64,000 nucleotides of DNA from Candidatus Lambdaproteobacteria bacterium RIFOXYD2_FULL_56_26 (GTDB taxonomy: Bacteria > SAR324 > XYD2-FULL-50-16): the NCBI GenBank assembly GCA_001783715.1, contig MFNF01000027.1, positions 3,290 through 67,289 of the forward strand. The letters are read 5' to 3'. This document shows, in pieces, positions 1 through 8,414 of this stretch (the first letter of the stretch is position 1; each line of letters opens with the position of its first letter). The notes beneath the pieces are model-generated. The model did no database searches, was not told the DNA's origin, and was given only the letters and a program-made list of their open reading frames with translations. The position numbers and the translations under genes are program-made.

Positions 1-96
1 GGAGCTGGGCGGGATGTTGGGCGGTTGGTCGGGGGACTTCACCTTGTTTGCCCTTAAAAAGGGTTTTGAACTGGTGATGTATGAAAATACCGAAGA

Positions 97-972
97 TTGG
101 GTGCTGGACAGGGCGAAGCACTTTTACCCGAAAAAAAAGCTTTCCTCCCTGGCCCAAATGGCCGCCCTGGACGAGCCGGAACGGGAGGCGCTGGTGGCTA
201 TCCCTACGACTTGGGGCTGTTCAAAAGCTTTGGCAAGAGCCTGGACCTTTCCTTCAACCTAACCCTGGGGGCCGCTGCCGCCAGCCAGCTGCCCGGCACC
301 GGGGTAGCCGCCGGGGCGCTGAATCTGGTAAAAACCCTGACCAAGCTGGCTGGCCGGATCTCCACCTTGTCGGCCATCTACGGCTTTCACATCCCCTCTT
401 CAGCCCACCTCTTTTTGGCCTGTTCAAGGGTCCTCAAGTCCATCCAGGACTTTGAAGCCAACCCCCAGCACCGGCCCCTGGACCCCGCCATCTTGTCCGA
501 ACTGTACAGGAAGGAAGCGGTGGACCCTGAAGGGTTTGGCCAGATGCTCAAAGAGGCACTCAAAAAAGAGGCCTACATGGCGGTGCCGGGGGTGGGGGTG
601 ATCAGCCTGGGCAAGATCGGTCTGGACGACTTGATGGTGGACCAAATGGTGCTGCACTTGGTGGCTAATTATTTTTGGTTGTTGGCCCTGGAGCGGGAAT
701 TGGGGAAAAAACGTCTGGCCGGATTGCTGGGCCGGTGGAAACGGATTTACGCCGCTTTGGCAGAACAGGGCTGGTTTGAGGCGGTGCCCAAGGCGGGGCA
801 GGAAGCCCCCAGCTGGAGCGAGCGGCTTTCCGCCTTGGCCAACCTGGGGGAAGAGTCGGAGCGTAAAGCCAAAGCGGTGGAACAAAAGGCCGCCGCTTTG
901 TTTGAAGCCACCTTGGAGCTTTCGGGGCCGGGGTTTGAACAACGGTTGGCCGAACTGCTGGCCGCCCCCTAA
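97..972 (+). CDS. Hypothetical protein, 3' portion. The gene probably starts upstream of the window in another frame (ORF 14..262); a frame disruption near positions 180-230 or an A8 run at 127-136 is suspected.
   Basis: Two overlapping + strand ORFs (14..262 in frame 2, 97..972 in frame 1) both read as protein-like on opposite sides of about position 200. The first ~35 residues of the 97..972 ORF are G/P/R-rich, out-of-frame-looking translation. I recognised no domain. Confidence 0.35.
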   Translation: MGAGQGEALLPEKKAFLPGPNGRPGRAGTGGAGGYPYDLGLFKSFGKSLDLSFNLTLGAAAASQLPGTGVAAGALNLVKTLTKLAGRISTLSAIYGFHIPSSAHLFLACSRVLKSIQDFEANPQHRPLDPAILSELYRKEAVDPEGFGQMLKEALKKEAYMAVPGVGVISLGKIGLDDLMVDQMVLHLVANYFWLLALERELGKKRLAGLLGRWKRIYAALAEQGWFEAVPKAGQEAPSWSERLSALANLGEESERKAKAVEQKAAALFEATLELSGPGFEQRLAELLAAP

Positions 973-2675
973 CCGGCCCCCTGGGGCCGGGTCAGTTCGG
1001 CTTGCAACTGCGACAGCTCCCGGACCAACCTTTCCTGCTCCCCTTCCAATTCCGCTGCGCTGCCATAGAGCCGGGCCTCGATCCAATCTTGCAGTTCCTT
1101 TATGTTCCTAGCCGTCTGTGGGTCCAGGGAGTCCCCATCCAAGTGGGTTTGGGGGCCGAACTTCCAGGCCAGCAGGGCCGAGAGCCGTTCCTGGGCCAAG
1201 GAAAAAGCCTCTGAGGGGGGCAACTCCCGGAGCGGTTCCAGGTCTTTGGGTCCCCAGGGAGCTTGGACCCGCAGGGCCACAGGTTTGGGGCGACGGGCTT
1301 GGAGCCGGGCAACTGCATACCCTAAAGGCAACAATACCAACCCCAAGGCCCAAAACCAAACCGGCAGTTCCTGCGACTCTGGCTCGGTGCTCAACAGGCC
1401 CACCGAAGACGCAACCGGGCCGGGTTCGGGCAGATGGCCCCAAACCTCATCGTCCCGCAGCTTTTCTCCCTGGGCGACGGAAAGGGTGAGGAGGTTGGTA
1501 TGGGCGGTTTGGTAGGCCCCGGTTTGGGGGTTAAAAAAACTGAACCCCAACGGCGGGATCACCCAAGTCCCAGGCGCTTTGGGCTTCAGCTTTTGTTTGA
1601 ACCGCAAGGCCTCTCCCTCCAGGGTCCCCGGCTCCAGGTTTTCCTGGAAGTCAAAGTCCTTTTCCAGGCCCCGGAGCTTGGGCCGCTCGACCTTGCTCAG
1701 GTTTCCCGGACCTTCGATCACCAAGGTCAGCTCCACCGGTTCCCCCATCTGGTAGGCCTGCCGTTCCACCAAGGCCTTGACCGCAAAGTTCCCCACCGCC
1801 CCGCTGAAGTCCGCCGGTCGCCCCTGGGTGGGCAAGGGCAGGACCGTCACGCTCAAAGGCGGGGTGGTGGCGTACACCGCCTTCAACTGGGGTCTTTGGA
1901 CCAACCGGCCAAAAAAATCATGGGCCTGGACAAACCCTTGGGTGATCTGGCCCTTGACCTGGGCGGAGCCCAAGTCGAGTGTCCCCGGCTGGACCGGGGA
2001 AAGCCGAAAGCCGGTTTGGTACTTGACCCCGCCCATTCCTACCGGGCTTCGGTTGAAGGCGACCCGGTACGCATCGATCGAAAGGTCCTGGGTCGGGGTC
2101 TTGGGGTCCAAAGGCAAAAGTCCCAGGTGCAGGTCGTCCTTTTGGGCCAATAGAGGCAGCCGGAATTCGTAGTCCTCCACCTGCTGGGTTAAGGTCCAAG
2201 TCAAGGTGAGCCAAAGCTCCTCCCCCAGGTAGAGCTTGGTTTTGTTGGGTTTGAGGGTCAAGGTCATCACGCCGCCCGAATCGCCGGGCTTGGCGACCAA
2301 CCCAAACTCCTGGGTCGGGTACCTTTGGCCCTGGAAGACCACCACCAAGGGCGGTATCCGGTACTTCCCCGGCTGAGCGGCACCGACCCCGATCCCAAAG
2401 GTAACGGCTTGGTACTGGGTCATCTGGCCGTTGACCACCATCGTTTGGCTGGAAGTCGAAGGGGGGCCGGTCTGGGTGAGGGACAATCCTTTGACCGCAG
2501 GCAGCTCCAACCTCGCCGAACCGTCCGCCCCTTCCACCTCCACCTGGATGTGGGCCAAGTCACCCAGGACCAATTGTTCGGTGTCGATCTGGGCGGACAC
2601 CGTGACCTGGGCAAACAAGTTGGGACAAACCAGCCCCGCCCACAAAACGCCTAAGAAGAACCCTCGGCTGAACAT
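969..2675 (-). CDS. BatD-family protein (aerotolerance-operon-like), with an N-terminal signal peptide and a C-terminal TM anchor.
   Basis: 568 aa. Hydrophobic N-terminus MFSRGFFLGVLWAGLVCPNLFAQ and a TM segment WFWALGLVLLPLGYAV near the C-terminus followed by a charged coiled-coil-like tail. Length and topology fit BatD, but the other bat genes (batA/B/C/E, moxR) are absent here. Confidence 0.5.
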   Translation of the reverse strand: MFSRGFFLGVLWAGLVCPNLFAQVTVSAQIDTEQLVLGDLAHIQVEVEGADGSARLELPAVKGLSLTQTGPPSTSSQTMVVNGQMTQYQAVTFGIGVGAAQPGKYRIPPLVVVFQGQRYPTQEFGLVAKPGDSGGVMTLTLKPNKTKLYLGEELWLTLTWTLTQQVEDYEFRLPLLAQKDDLHLGLLPLDPKTPTQDLSIDAYRVAFNRSPVGMGGVKYQTGFRLSPVQPGTLDLGSAQVKGQITQGFVQAHDFFGRLVQRPQLKAVYATTPPLSVTVLPLPTQGRPADFSGAVGNFAVKALVERQAYQMGEPVELTLVIEGPGNLSKVERPKLRGLEKDFDFQENLEPGTLEGEALRFKQKLKPKAPGTWVIPPLGFSFFNPQTGAYQTAHTNLLTLSVAQGEKLRDDEVWGHLPEPGPVASSVGLLSTEPESQELPVWFWALGLVLLPLGYAVARLQARRPKPVALRVQAPWGPKDLEPLRELPPSEAFSLAQERLSALLAWKFGPQTHLDGDSLDPQTARNIKELQDWIEARLYGSAAELEGEQERLVRELSQLQAELTRPQGAG

Positions 2676-2751
2676 CCCTTCCCTTTAAAAAAATCGTCAA
2701 TCTTTGGGTGTTGGGGCCAGCATACCCAATCCCCTATGCCCCTGCCAAGGG

Positions 2752-2791
2752 ATGTCCGAAAAATGTCCGGTTCTATGTCCCTTTGATGCCC
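2752..2791. promoter_or_regulatory. Four direct repeats ATGTCC/ATGCCC at 11-12 bp periodicity; a candidate response-regulator (Pho-box-like) binding array in the shared batD / nuclease promoter region.
   Basis: ATGTCC at 2752, 2763 and 2775, and ATGCCC at 2786. The spacing (11, 12, 11 bp) is on a helical repeat, about 65 bp upstream of the nuclease ATG at 2857. Confidence 0.35.
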
Positions 2792-2856
2792 TGTTTTCTC
2801 CCGATTGGGGGTGATACGATCCCCCCAAAAAAACGTCCGGCCTGGAGGGGATAAGG

Positions 2857-3915
2857 ATGGGGAACAAAAAAATCAAGCTGGCATTGTTCTGCCTGCTTTG
2901 GCCTTGTCTGGGCCAAGCGGAGCTGAAGCCCCAAGACTGGGAAAAAAAGCCGGTTTGTTTTGGCTCCGCCAAAAGCTTCCTGCGCAAGGTTTACCGTGAA
3001 AACCACTGGAACCGGGACTTTTATTGCGGGTGCCCTTTGGAGCCTTCGGGAAAGCTTCTGGAAACCAAGGGTTGTTACGTGGAGGAATCGGACTTGAACT
3101 TGACCCGTCAGGGGGTGGCGGCTCCCCAGCTTTATGCGGACCGGCACCTGGTCGTTGAATGGGAGCATGTGGTGCCTGCTTCGGTCCTGGGAGACCGGCA
3201 TTTGACCCTCAATAAGGCCAAGAAGGACTGCCGGGCGGAACAACCCAAGCTCCCCAATCCCCGGGAGGTGGACAGCCGGAAACTCGACCAAGCCATAGCG
3301 GCCTGCGGCAAGGAAAAATACGAGAGAAACAAAACAATCCTCTCCGACCCCCACAACCTTTATCCGGTAATGGGCCAGCTGAACGCTTTGCGGGGGGACA
3401 AGGTGATGACGGCGGTGGAGCCTGCTGCCGAGTTGTTCTCTTTGTGCCAATTCTCCCTGGATGCCGCCTTTGTGGAGCCTCCCCAGCGGATCAAGGGGGA
3501 CATCGCTCGGATCTATTATTACATGGCCAACAAATACCCGGCGAAACGTGCGGAGATCCTCAATTTCCATGTTCGGGCCGCCCTGCTGGATTGGTGCAAA
3601 GCCGATCCGCTCAACGACGAGGAGCGCCAAAGGGTCCAGGCGGTGGTCCAGGCGACGGGGGTCCAAAACCCCTTTTTGGAACAAAGTTGTGAGACGTTGG
3701 CGGCAAACCTCTTGGACCCCGCTCCCGGTACGGTCCATTTTCCGCTGCCCAAGACGGCCCAAAGACCGGAACCGCCGTCCCCAAAGCGCATCGCCTTGAA
3801 GGGTTCACCAGCCCAAGAGAAAACACCGGCCCTGCCCAGGTCGGAACGGCAAAACCCGCCTTCTGGAACCAAACCTCCCCTCCCCTTGCCCAGCACGGCC
3901 AGTGCCCAACTGTAA
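2857..3915 (+). CDS. Secreted endonuclease I family nuclease (EndA/Vvn-like) with a Pro-rich C-terminal tail.
   Basis: Signal peptide MGNKKIKLALFCLLWPCLGQA, conserved Cys pairs and an EWEHVVP catalytic-type motif. The last ~80 aa are a low-complexity P/S/K-rich tail. A strong Shine-Dalgarno ggagggg precedes the ATG. Confidence 0.65.
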   Translation: MGNKKIKLALFCLLWPCLGQAELKPQDWEKKPVCFGSAKSFLRKVYRENHWNRDFYCGCPLEPSGKLLETKGCYVEESDLNLTRQGVAAPQLYADRHLVVEWEHVVPASVLGDRHLTLNKAKKDCRAEQPKLPNPREVDSRKLDQAIAACGKEKYERNKTILSDPHNLYPVMGQLNALRGDKVMTAVEPAAELFSLCQFSLDAAFVEPPQRIKGDIARIYYYMANKYPAKRAEILNFHVRAALLDWCKADPLNDEERQRVQAVVQATGVQNPFLEQSCETLAANLLDPAPGTVHFPLPKTAQRPEPPSPKRIALKGSPAQEKTPALPRSERQNPPSGTKPPLPLPSTASAQL

Positions 3916-4024
3916 CTCCCCAGCCCCTGAGCCGAGGAGAACACCCAGGCCCCTCGTTCGGGCCACAGAATCCAGCCGGGCGTAAAGCCCCAAAGGACAG
4001 CAAATTAAACTTTACTCCAAGGAG

Positions 4025-4312
4025 TTGGAAATGAAGAAAATTTTAGGGCTCTTTTGTGTTTGTTTGTTGGCGTTTTCTTCGGTCCAAGCGCTGGAACCCT
4101 GTAACAATCCACCTCTTAAGCCCCAAGACCCAAGTTTCCTTGCGCAAACAACATCGGAAAGGGTACCGGTGGTGGCTTTGCGGGAAGAACTACCGGAGGC
4201 GGTCTTGCAAAGGCGGGGCTGCTGCTCCCACCACAAGGGGGTCTGTGGCTGCGAAAACGGGCGGGCGGTCTGTTGCGACGGGAAACTCAGCCCCAGTTGC
4301 GGCTGCAATTGA
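4025..4312 (+). CDS. Small secreted cysteine-rich protein (95 aa) with a C-terminal CCSHHKGVCGC...CC...CGC motif (DUF3761-like CSHHGGV signature).
   Basis: Signal peptide MKKILGLFCVCLLAFSSVQA, Shine-Dalgarno aaggag 7 nt upstream, eight Cys in the last 30 residues. Confidence 0.5.
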   Translation: MEMKKILGLFCVCLLAFSSVQALEPCNNPPLKPQDPSFLAQTTSERVPVVALREELPEAVLQRRGCCSHHKGVCGCENGRAVCCDGKLSPSCGCN

Positions 4313-4380
4313 CCGGTCGGCAACGCCGTAGGTCATAGGGCGGGGCCGTTCTGCCTGCCAAAGCCAAAAACCCCAGCCCC

Positions 4381-4905
4381 TCAAGCCTTTGGTTCTTCCG
4401 CAAAGTGGAGGGTGGGGGGGATGACCTTGAAGTTTTTTTCGATGAACTTGTGGATTTCAGGCAGCGCCGTATGGGCGTTTTTTTTGTAGGCTTGGGCCAC
4501 TACGGTGATAAAGCGGGTGATAAACTGATCCCGCAGTTGCATCGGGCTTGCGGCCAGCTTGACGTACATCCCCATGATCGCCGCAAAGGCGTAGAGCGTG
4601 AGCATCCGGTGCAGGTTGCGCATCTTTTCGGGGGGCAGCTGGCATTGCACCAGCGGTTTGGAGCGGAACATCTCGGCGACCAGCACCGCCGCCAGCTCGG
4701 TCCTGGAGCAGTAGGGGTGCAGCCAGTTTTCGGTCCAACGGTGGTAGGACTCGGTGATCTGGGCGGCCAGCGCATGGACCGCCGCCTTGTCCAACCGGGC
4801 CTCGATCTTTTGGTTGGTCAGCTGTTCTATGTTGAGGGCCGCCCCTTCCCCCAGCTCGGACAAGAAGGTGCGCAGGTTGTTTTCCAGCAGCGCCTGATTG
4901 TTCAT
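4381..4905 (-). CDS. Hypothetical cytoplasmic protein (174 aa), last gene of the htrA/two-component operon.
   Basis: Clean ORF with a 4-nt overlap onto the upstream gene (4902..4905). No signal peptide or TM segment, no recognisable domain. Confidence 0.5.
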   Translation of the reverse strand: MNNQALLENNLRTFLSELGEGAALNIEQLTNQKIEARLDKAAVHALAAQITESYHRWTENWLHPYCSRTELAAVLVAEMFRSKPLVQCQLPPEKMRNLHRMLTLYAFAAIMGMYVKLAASPMQLRDQFITRFITVVAQAYKKNAHTALPEIHKFIEKNFKVIPPTLHFAEEPKA

Positions 4906-5339
4906 TTGTCTTTCTTGAGCGCCTCCAAAACTCCGGTGGCCATCAGGCCCCGGACGTAAGAATCCTTGAAATAGACCGGGTCGAACATCAGCTTGGAGCC
5001 GTCTCGGTCATAAAGTTTGGAAAAGACGGAATCCACCTGTTCAAAAAAGAGATTGATCGCCTTATTGAGCTCCTTGGAGACCACCGGTTCGTTTCCTTTG
5101 GGCCGTTTGGATTCAAGCAGGGTGATCAATTTGGTGAAGTTTTCCGCCAGCTTAAGCTCTTCCTTGTCCGAAAGCACCTGGGAGGAATGGGCCGAAGAGG
5201 GGTAGAACTTGAGCATGTCGGCCAGCAGGCCGCCGACGGTCATGGTTTGGAAGTCGTTGAAAAAGATCGGCGCATCATCCAGTCCGGTGGACTGGAGTTG
5301 CTTGATGTAGTCTTCGATCTGGTCAATAAAACGAGCCAA
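4902..5339 (-). CDS. Hypothetical cytoplasmic protein (145 aa).
   Basis: ORF 48 bp downstream of the response-regulator gene on the same strand. No recognisable domain. Confidence 0.5.
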   Translation of the reverse strand: MARFIDQIEDYIKQLQSTGLDDAPIFFNDFQTMTVGGLLADMLKFYPSSAHSSQVLSDKEELKLAENFTKLITLLESKRPKGNEPVVSKELNKAINLFFEQVDSVFSKLYDRDGSKLMFDPVYFKDSYVRGLMATGVLEALKKDK

Positions 5340-5387
5340 AGCCGTTCCTTGCTACGTTGTGCACAGGGTGCCGGACCCCCAAACCCC

Positions 5388-6761
5388 CTATTCGGGCTTG
5401 ATCTCTTTGCCTTTGATCTTGTACCGCAGGGCCCGTTCGCTGATCCCCAATTCTTTGGCGGCACGGGTCTGGACCCCTTTGTGCTTTTTGAGCGCCAGTT
5501 CGATCAACCGCCGCTCCGCTGCCTCCAAGGTCATCAGTTCCAAGGCCGGACCATCGACGGGGGCCTCCTTGTGCTGGTTGGTGACCGTCAGGGGCAGGTC
5601 TTTGATCGAAATCACGTCTTCCCGGGCGATGACGATCGCCCGTTCGATGATGTTCTCCAGCTCCCGGATGTTGCCCGGATAGTCGTACTTGACCAGCACC
5701 GACTGGGCCTCTTGGGTGATCCCTTGGATGGTGCGGTGATTTTCTTTGGCGTATTTTTCCAAAAAGTACTCCACCAGGGGCATGATGTCCCCCCGGCGAT
5801 TGCGCAAGGGCGGGATGTACAAAGGAACCACGCTCAGCCGGTAAAAAAGGTCTTCCCGCATCAACTTGGCTTCCACCGCTTCTTCCAGGTTGCGGTTGGT
5901 GGCCGCCAGGATACGGACATCCACCTTGAGGGTCTGGTTGCTCCCCACCCGTTCAAACTCTCGTTCCTGGAGGACTCGCAAGAGTTTGGTTTGGGTGGTC
6001 AGGCTGATGTCGCCGATCTCGTCCAAAAAGAGGGTGCCTTTGTTGGCCTCTTCAAACTTGCCTTTCCGGTCGCTGATCGCCCCGGTGAAGGAACCTTTGA
6101 TGTGGCCAAAAAGTTCGGACTCCAAAAGGGTTTCGGGCAGGGCGGCGCAGTTGACCTTGATGAAGGGCTGTTCCTTGCGGGAGGAAGCAAAATGCAGGGC
6201 CTTGGCCACCAGTTCCTTGCCGGTACCCGACTCCCCCCGGATCAGGACCGTGGCATTGGAGTTGGCCACCCGCTGGACCATGCTCATCACCTCGGCCAGC
6301 GCCGAGCTGTTGCCGATGATGTTGTCGAACCGGAAGCGGCTTTGCAGGATGTCCTTGAGTTGCTGGTTCTCCACCAAAAGCCGCTTTTTGTCGATGTTGC
6401 GGTCAATGAGGATCAGCAGTTCCTTCAGGTCGATCGGTTTGGTCATGTAGTCGTTGGCCCCGGCCTTGATCACCTCAACGGCAGTTTCGATGCTGCCGTA
6501 GGCGGAGATCATCACAATGGCCACCGCCGGGTCGATCTCCCGGACCGCCTTGATCAGCTCCAGCCCGTTCATCTTGGGCATCCGAAAGTCGGCGATCATC
6601 AGGTCGAATTCCCGGCTGCGGATCAGGCCCAGGGCCTCGGTCGGGTCGTTGGTGGTGGTGACCAGAAAGTCCTTTTTGCCCAAAAAACCAGAGAGCAACT
6701 CGGTCTGGCTGGCTTCATCGTCAACGATCAGGATCTTTCCGTTCATCACCATCTGGGTCAA
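5388..6761 (-). CDS. Sigma-54-dependent two-component response regulator (NtrC/AtoC family).
   Basis: Receiver domain (ILIVDDE...DLMIADFRMP), AAA+ sigma-54 interaction domain with GESGTGKE Walker A and the ESELFGH motif, and a C-terminal Fis-type HTH. Confidence 0.85.
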   Translation of the reverse strand: MTQMVMNGKILIVDDEASQTELLSGFLGKKDFLVTTTNDPTEALGLIRSREFDLMIADFRMPKMNGLELIKAVREIDPAVAIVMISAYGSIETAVEVIKAGANDYMTKPIDLKELLILIDRNIDKKRLLVENQQLKDILQSRFRFDNIIGNSSALAEVMSMVQRVANSNATVLIRGESGTGKELVAKALHFASSRKEQPFIKVNCAALPETLLESELFGHIKGSFTGAISDRKGKFEEANKGTLFLDEIGDISLTTQTKLLRVLQEREFERVGSNQTLKVDVRILAATNRNLEEAVEAKLMREDLFYRLSVVPLYIPPLRNRRGDIMPLVEYFLEKYAKENHRTIQGITQEAQSVLVKYDYPGNIRELENIIERAIVIAREDVISIKDLPLTVTNQHKEAPVDGPALELMTLEAAERRLIELALKKHKGVQTRAAKELGISERALRYKIKGKEIKPE

Positions 6762-6793
6762 AGGGGGTCAAGTCTTCCAAAGTCTGCACAGGC

Positions 6794-8389
6794 TTACCCC
6801 AATTCCGAAAGCTTTGGCAAGATCAGGCTGGCCGTCATTCCCCTGTCCGGGTTGGGGGTCAGTTCGATGGTGCCGTTGTGGGCCTGGACGATTTTGCGGC
6901 AGATGTAGAGGCCCAGGCCGGTCCCGGTGGGTTTGGTGGTGTAGTAGATGTCGAAGATTTGGGCCAATTTGTCTTTGCCGATCCCCGCCCCCTGGTCGAT
7001 CACCTTGAGTTCCCACTGTTGGGCGGCAAAGCGGCTTTCCAGTTTTAAGACCGTTCCCGGATTGCTGGCATCCATGGCGTTACCCAGGAGGTTGAGCAAC
7101 ACTTGGGTCAATTTCTCCTGGTCTGCTTCGACCTCCTGGTCTTGGGCCGGGACCTTCAGTTGCAGGTCCACCCCCCGCTCCTTGGCGGTGGGAGAGAAAA
7201 GGTCGTAACAATGTTGGGCCCATTGGTTGGCCGAAAAGCGGGCCATCCGGGGGGCATAGGGTTTGGAGAAACCCAGAAAGTCAGTGACGATCCGGTTGAT
7301 CCGTTTGACCTCGTCTTTCATCAGGTCGGTCAAAAAGGAATACTCCTCCACCGCTTCGGGCGGCTCGGCGGGGCTGTATTCCAGTTGCAGCCGTTGCATG
7401 GTGATCGAGATGCTGTTGAGCGGATTTCTGATCTCATGGGCGACCCCGGCGGCAAGGTTGCCCAAGCTGACCAACTTGGCATTTTCATTGAGCTGCCGCT
7501 GCATCTGTTCAATCTTGTAATTGTACCCGGACTGGAACCGCCAGACCGCCACAGCGACCAAAAAGGCCAGCAACATCACCCAGCCGGAGAACACGGCGGT
7601 GTTGCGCAGGATGTCTTCGTAGATGGTGTCAAACTGGCTAGAATCCAGCCCTACCACCAGCACCCCCCAGCGGTCCGGGCCGAGCTTGAAGGGGTGGACC
7701 GCTTCATATTGGTCCTCTTTGCGGTAGTAGTAGGTGGTTTTGTCCTTGAGGCTCGATTCGATCCCTTCGTTGTCTTCGAGCAACCCCAGCTTTTTCCGAT
7801 CCGTGTGGGCCAGGATGTGCAGGTTGGGGCCCACAAAGCTTACATAGTCGGCGATTTTTTTGTCTTGCAGGTCCTGGGCGAGTGCCTGCAAGGCTTCCTG
7901 TTCCACCAACTCCTGCCGCTTGTTTTCCCCCAAGGTCAGGACCAGGACCTCACCGTTTTTCCCCCTCGGCCAAGCGAGGCTCAAAGACCGGGATGGAGCT
8001 CTGGTCGGTACTTCAGGGGTTTGCAGGACCAACTGGCCCTGGTCGTCATACAGCAGAATGCCTTCCAGGTCCTTGTGGACCCGGAAGGCTTCGATGGGTG
8101 CCAAGGCGGCCAGACCCGAAGGCAGACCCGACTGGTCCAACTCCTGGGCCAAGGCCTTGAGGAACTCGTGGGCCTTGTGGGTGGACAGGGACTTGGCCTC
8201 AATCCTTTGGGTGGCGGACAAGGCGATGAATTCAGCGGTCTCCCCGTTTTGCCGCCAGAACATCTTGATGAAGTCCTTTTGGGTTTGTCGGCTCAAAAAG
8301 AACATATTCGCCAACAGGATCAGCAGAATCAAGCCTAGGAAAAACGCTACATAAAGGATGTAGAGCGCACGCCGTTGGTTCAGGATCAT
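6794..8389 (-). CDS. Sensor histidine kinase (two TM helices, periplasmic sensor, HisKA + HATPase_c).
   Basis: N-terminal TM helix, a second TM around residue 270, an H-box AHEIRNPLNSI, and N/G1/G2 boxes (LLNLLGNAMDAS, DQGAGI, GTGLGL). Sits immediately upstream of the NtrC-type regulator. Confidence 0.8.
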   Translation of the reverse strand: MILNQRRALYILYVAFFLGLILLILLANMFFLSRQTQKDFIKMFWRQNGETAEFIALSATQRIEAKSLSTHKAHEFLKALAQELDQSGLPSGLAALAPIEAFRVHKDLEGILLYDDQGQLVLQTPEVPTRAPSRSLSLAWPRGKNGEVLVLTLGENKRQELVEQEALQALAQDLQDKKIADYVSFVGPNLHILAHTDRKKLGLLEDNEGIESSLKDKTTYYYRKEDQYEAVHPFKLGPDRWGVLVVGLDSSQFDTIYEDILRNTAVFSGWVMLLAFLVAVAVWRFQSGYNYKIEQMQRQLNENAKLVSLGNLAAGVAHEIRNPLNSISITMQRLQLEYSPAEPPEAVEEYSFLTDLMKDEVKRINRIVTDFLGFSKPYAPRMARFSANQWAQHCYDLFSPTAKERGVDLQLKVPAQDQEVEADQEKLTQVLLNLLGNAMDASNPGTVLKLESRFAAQQWELKVIDQGAGIGKDKLAQIFDIYYTTKPTGTGLGLYICRKIVQAHNGTIELTPNPDRGMTASLILPKLSELG

Positions 8390-8414
8390 GCCGCCTCCCG
8401 CAGTTTCTTACACA

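Noticed and set aside
1002-2654. Multiple + strand ORFs (1102..1515, 1434..2153, 1777..2172, 2325..2654) inside batD.
   Set aside because: They are antisense to the BatD-like gene and have low-complexity composition.
5187-8338. Long + strand ORFs (5187..6908, 573 aa; 7103..8338, 411 aa) opposite the response-regulator and histidine-kinase genes.
   Set aside because: They are antisense to well-supported genes, and their translations are G/P/R/H/Q-rich low-complexity sequence typical of shadow ORFs in high-GC DNA.
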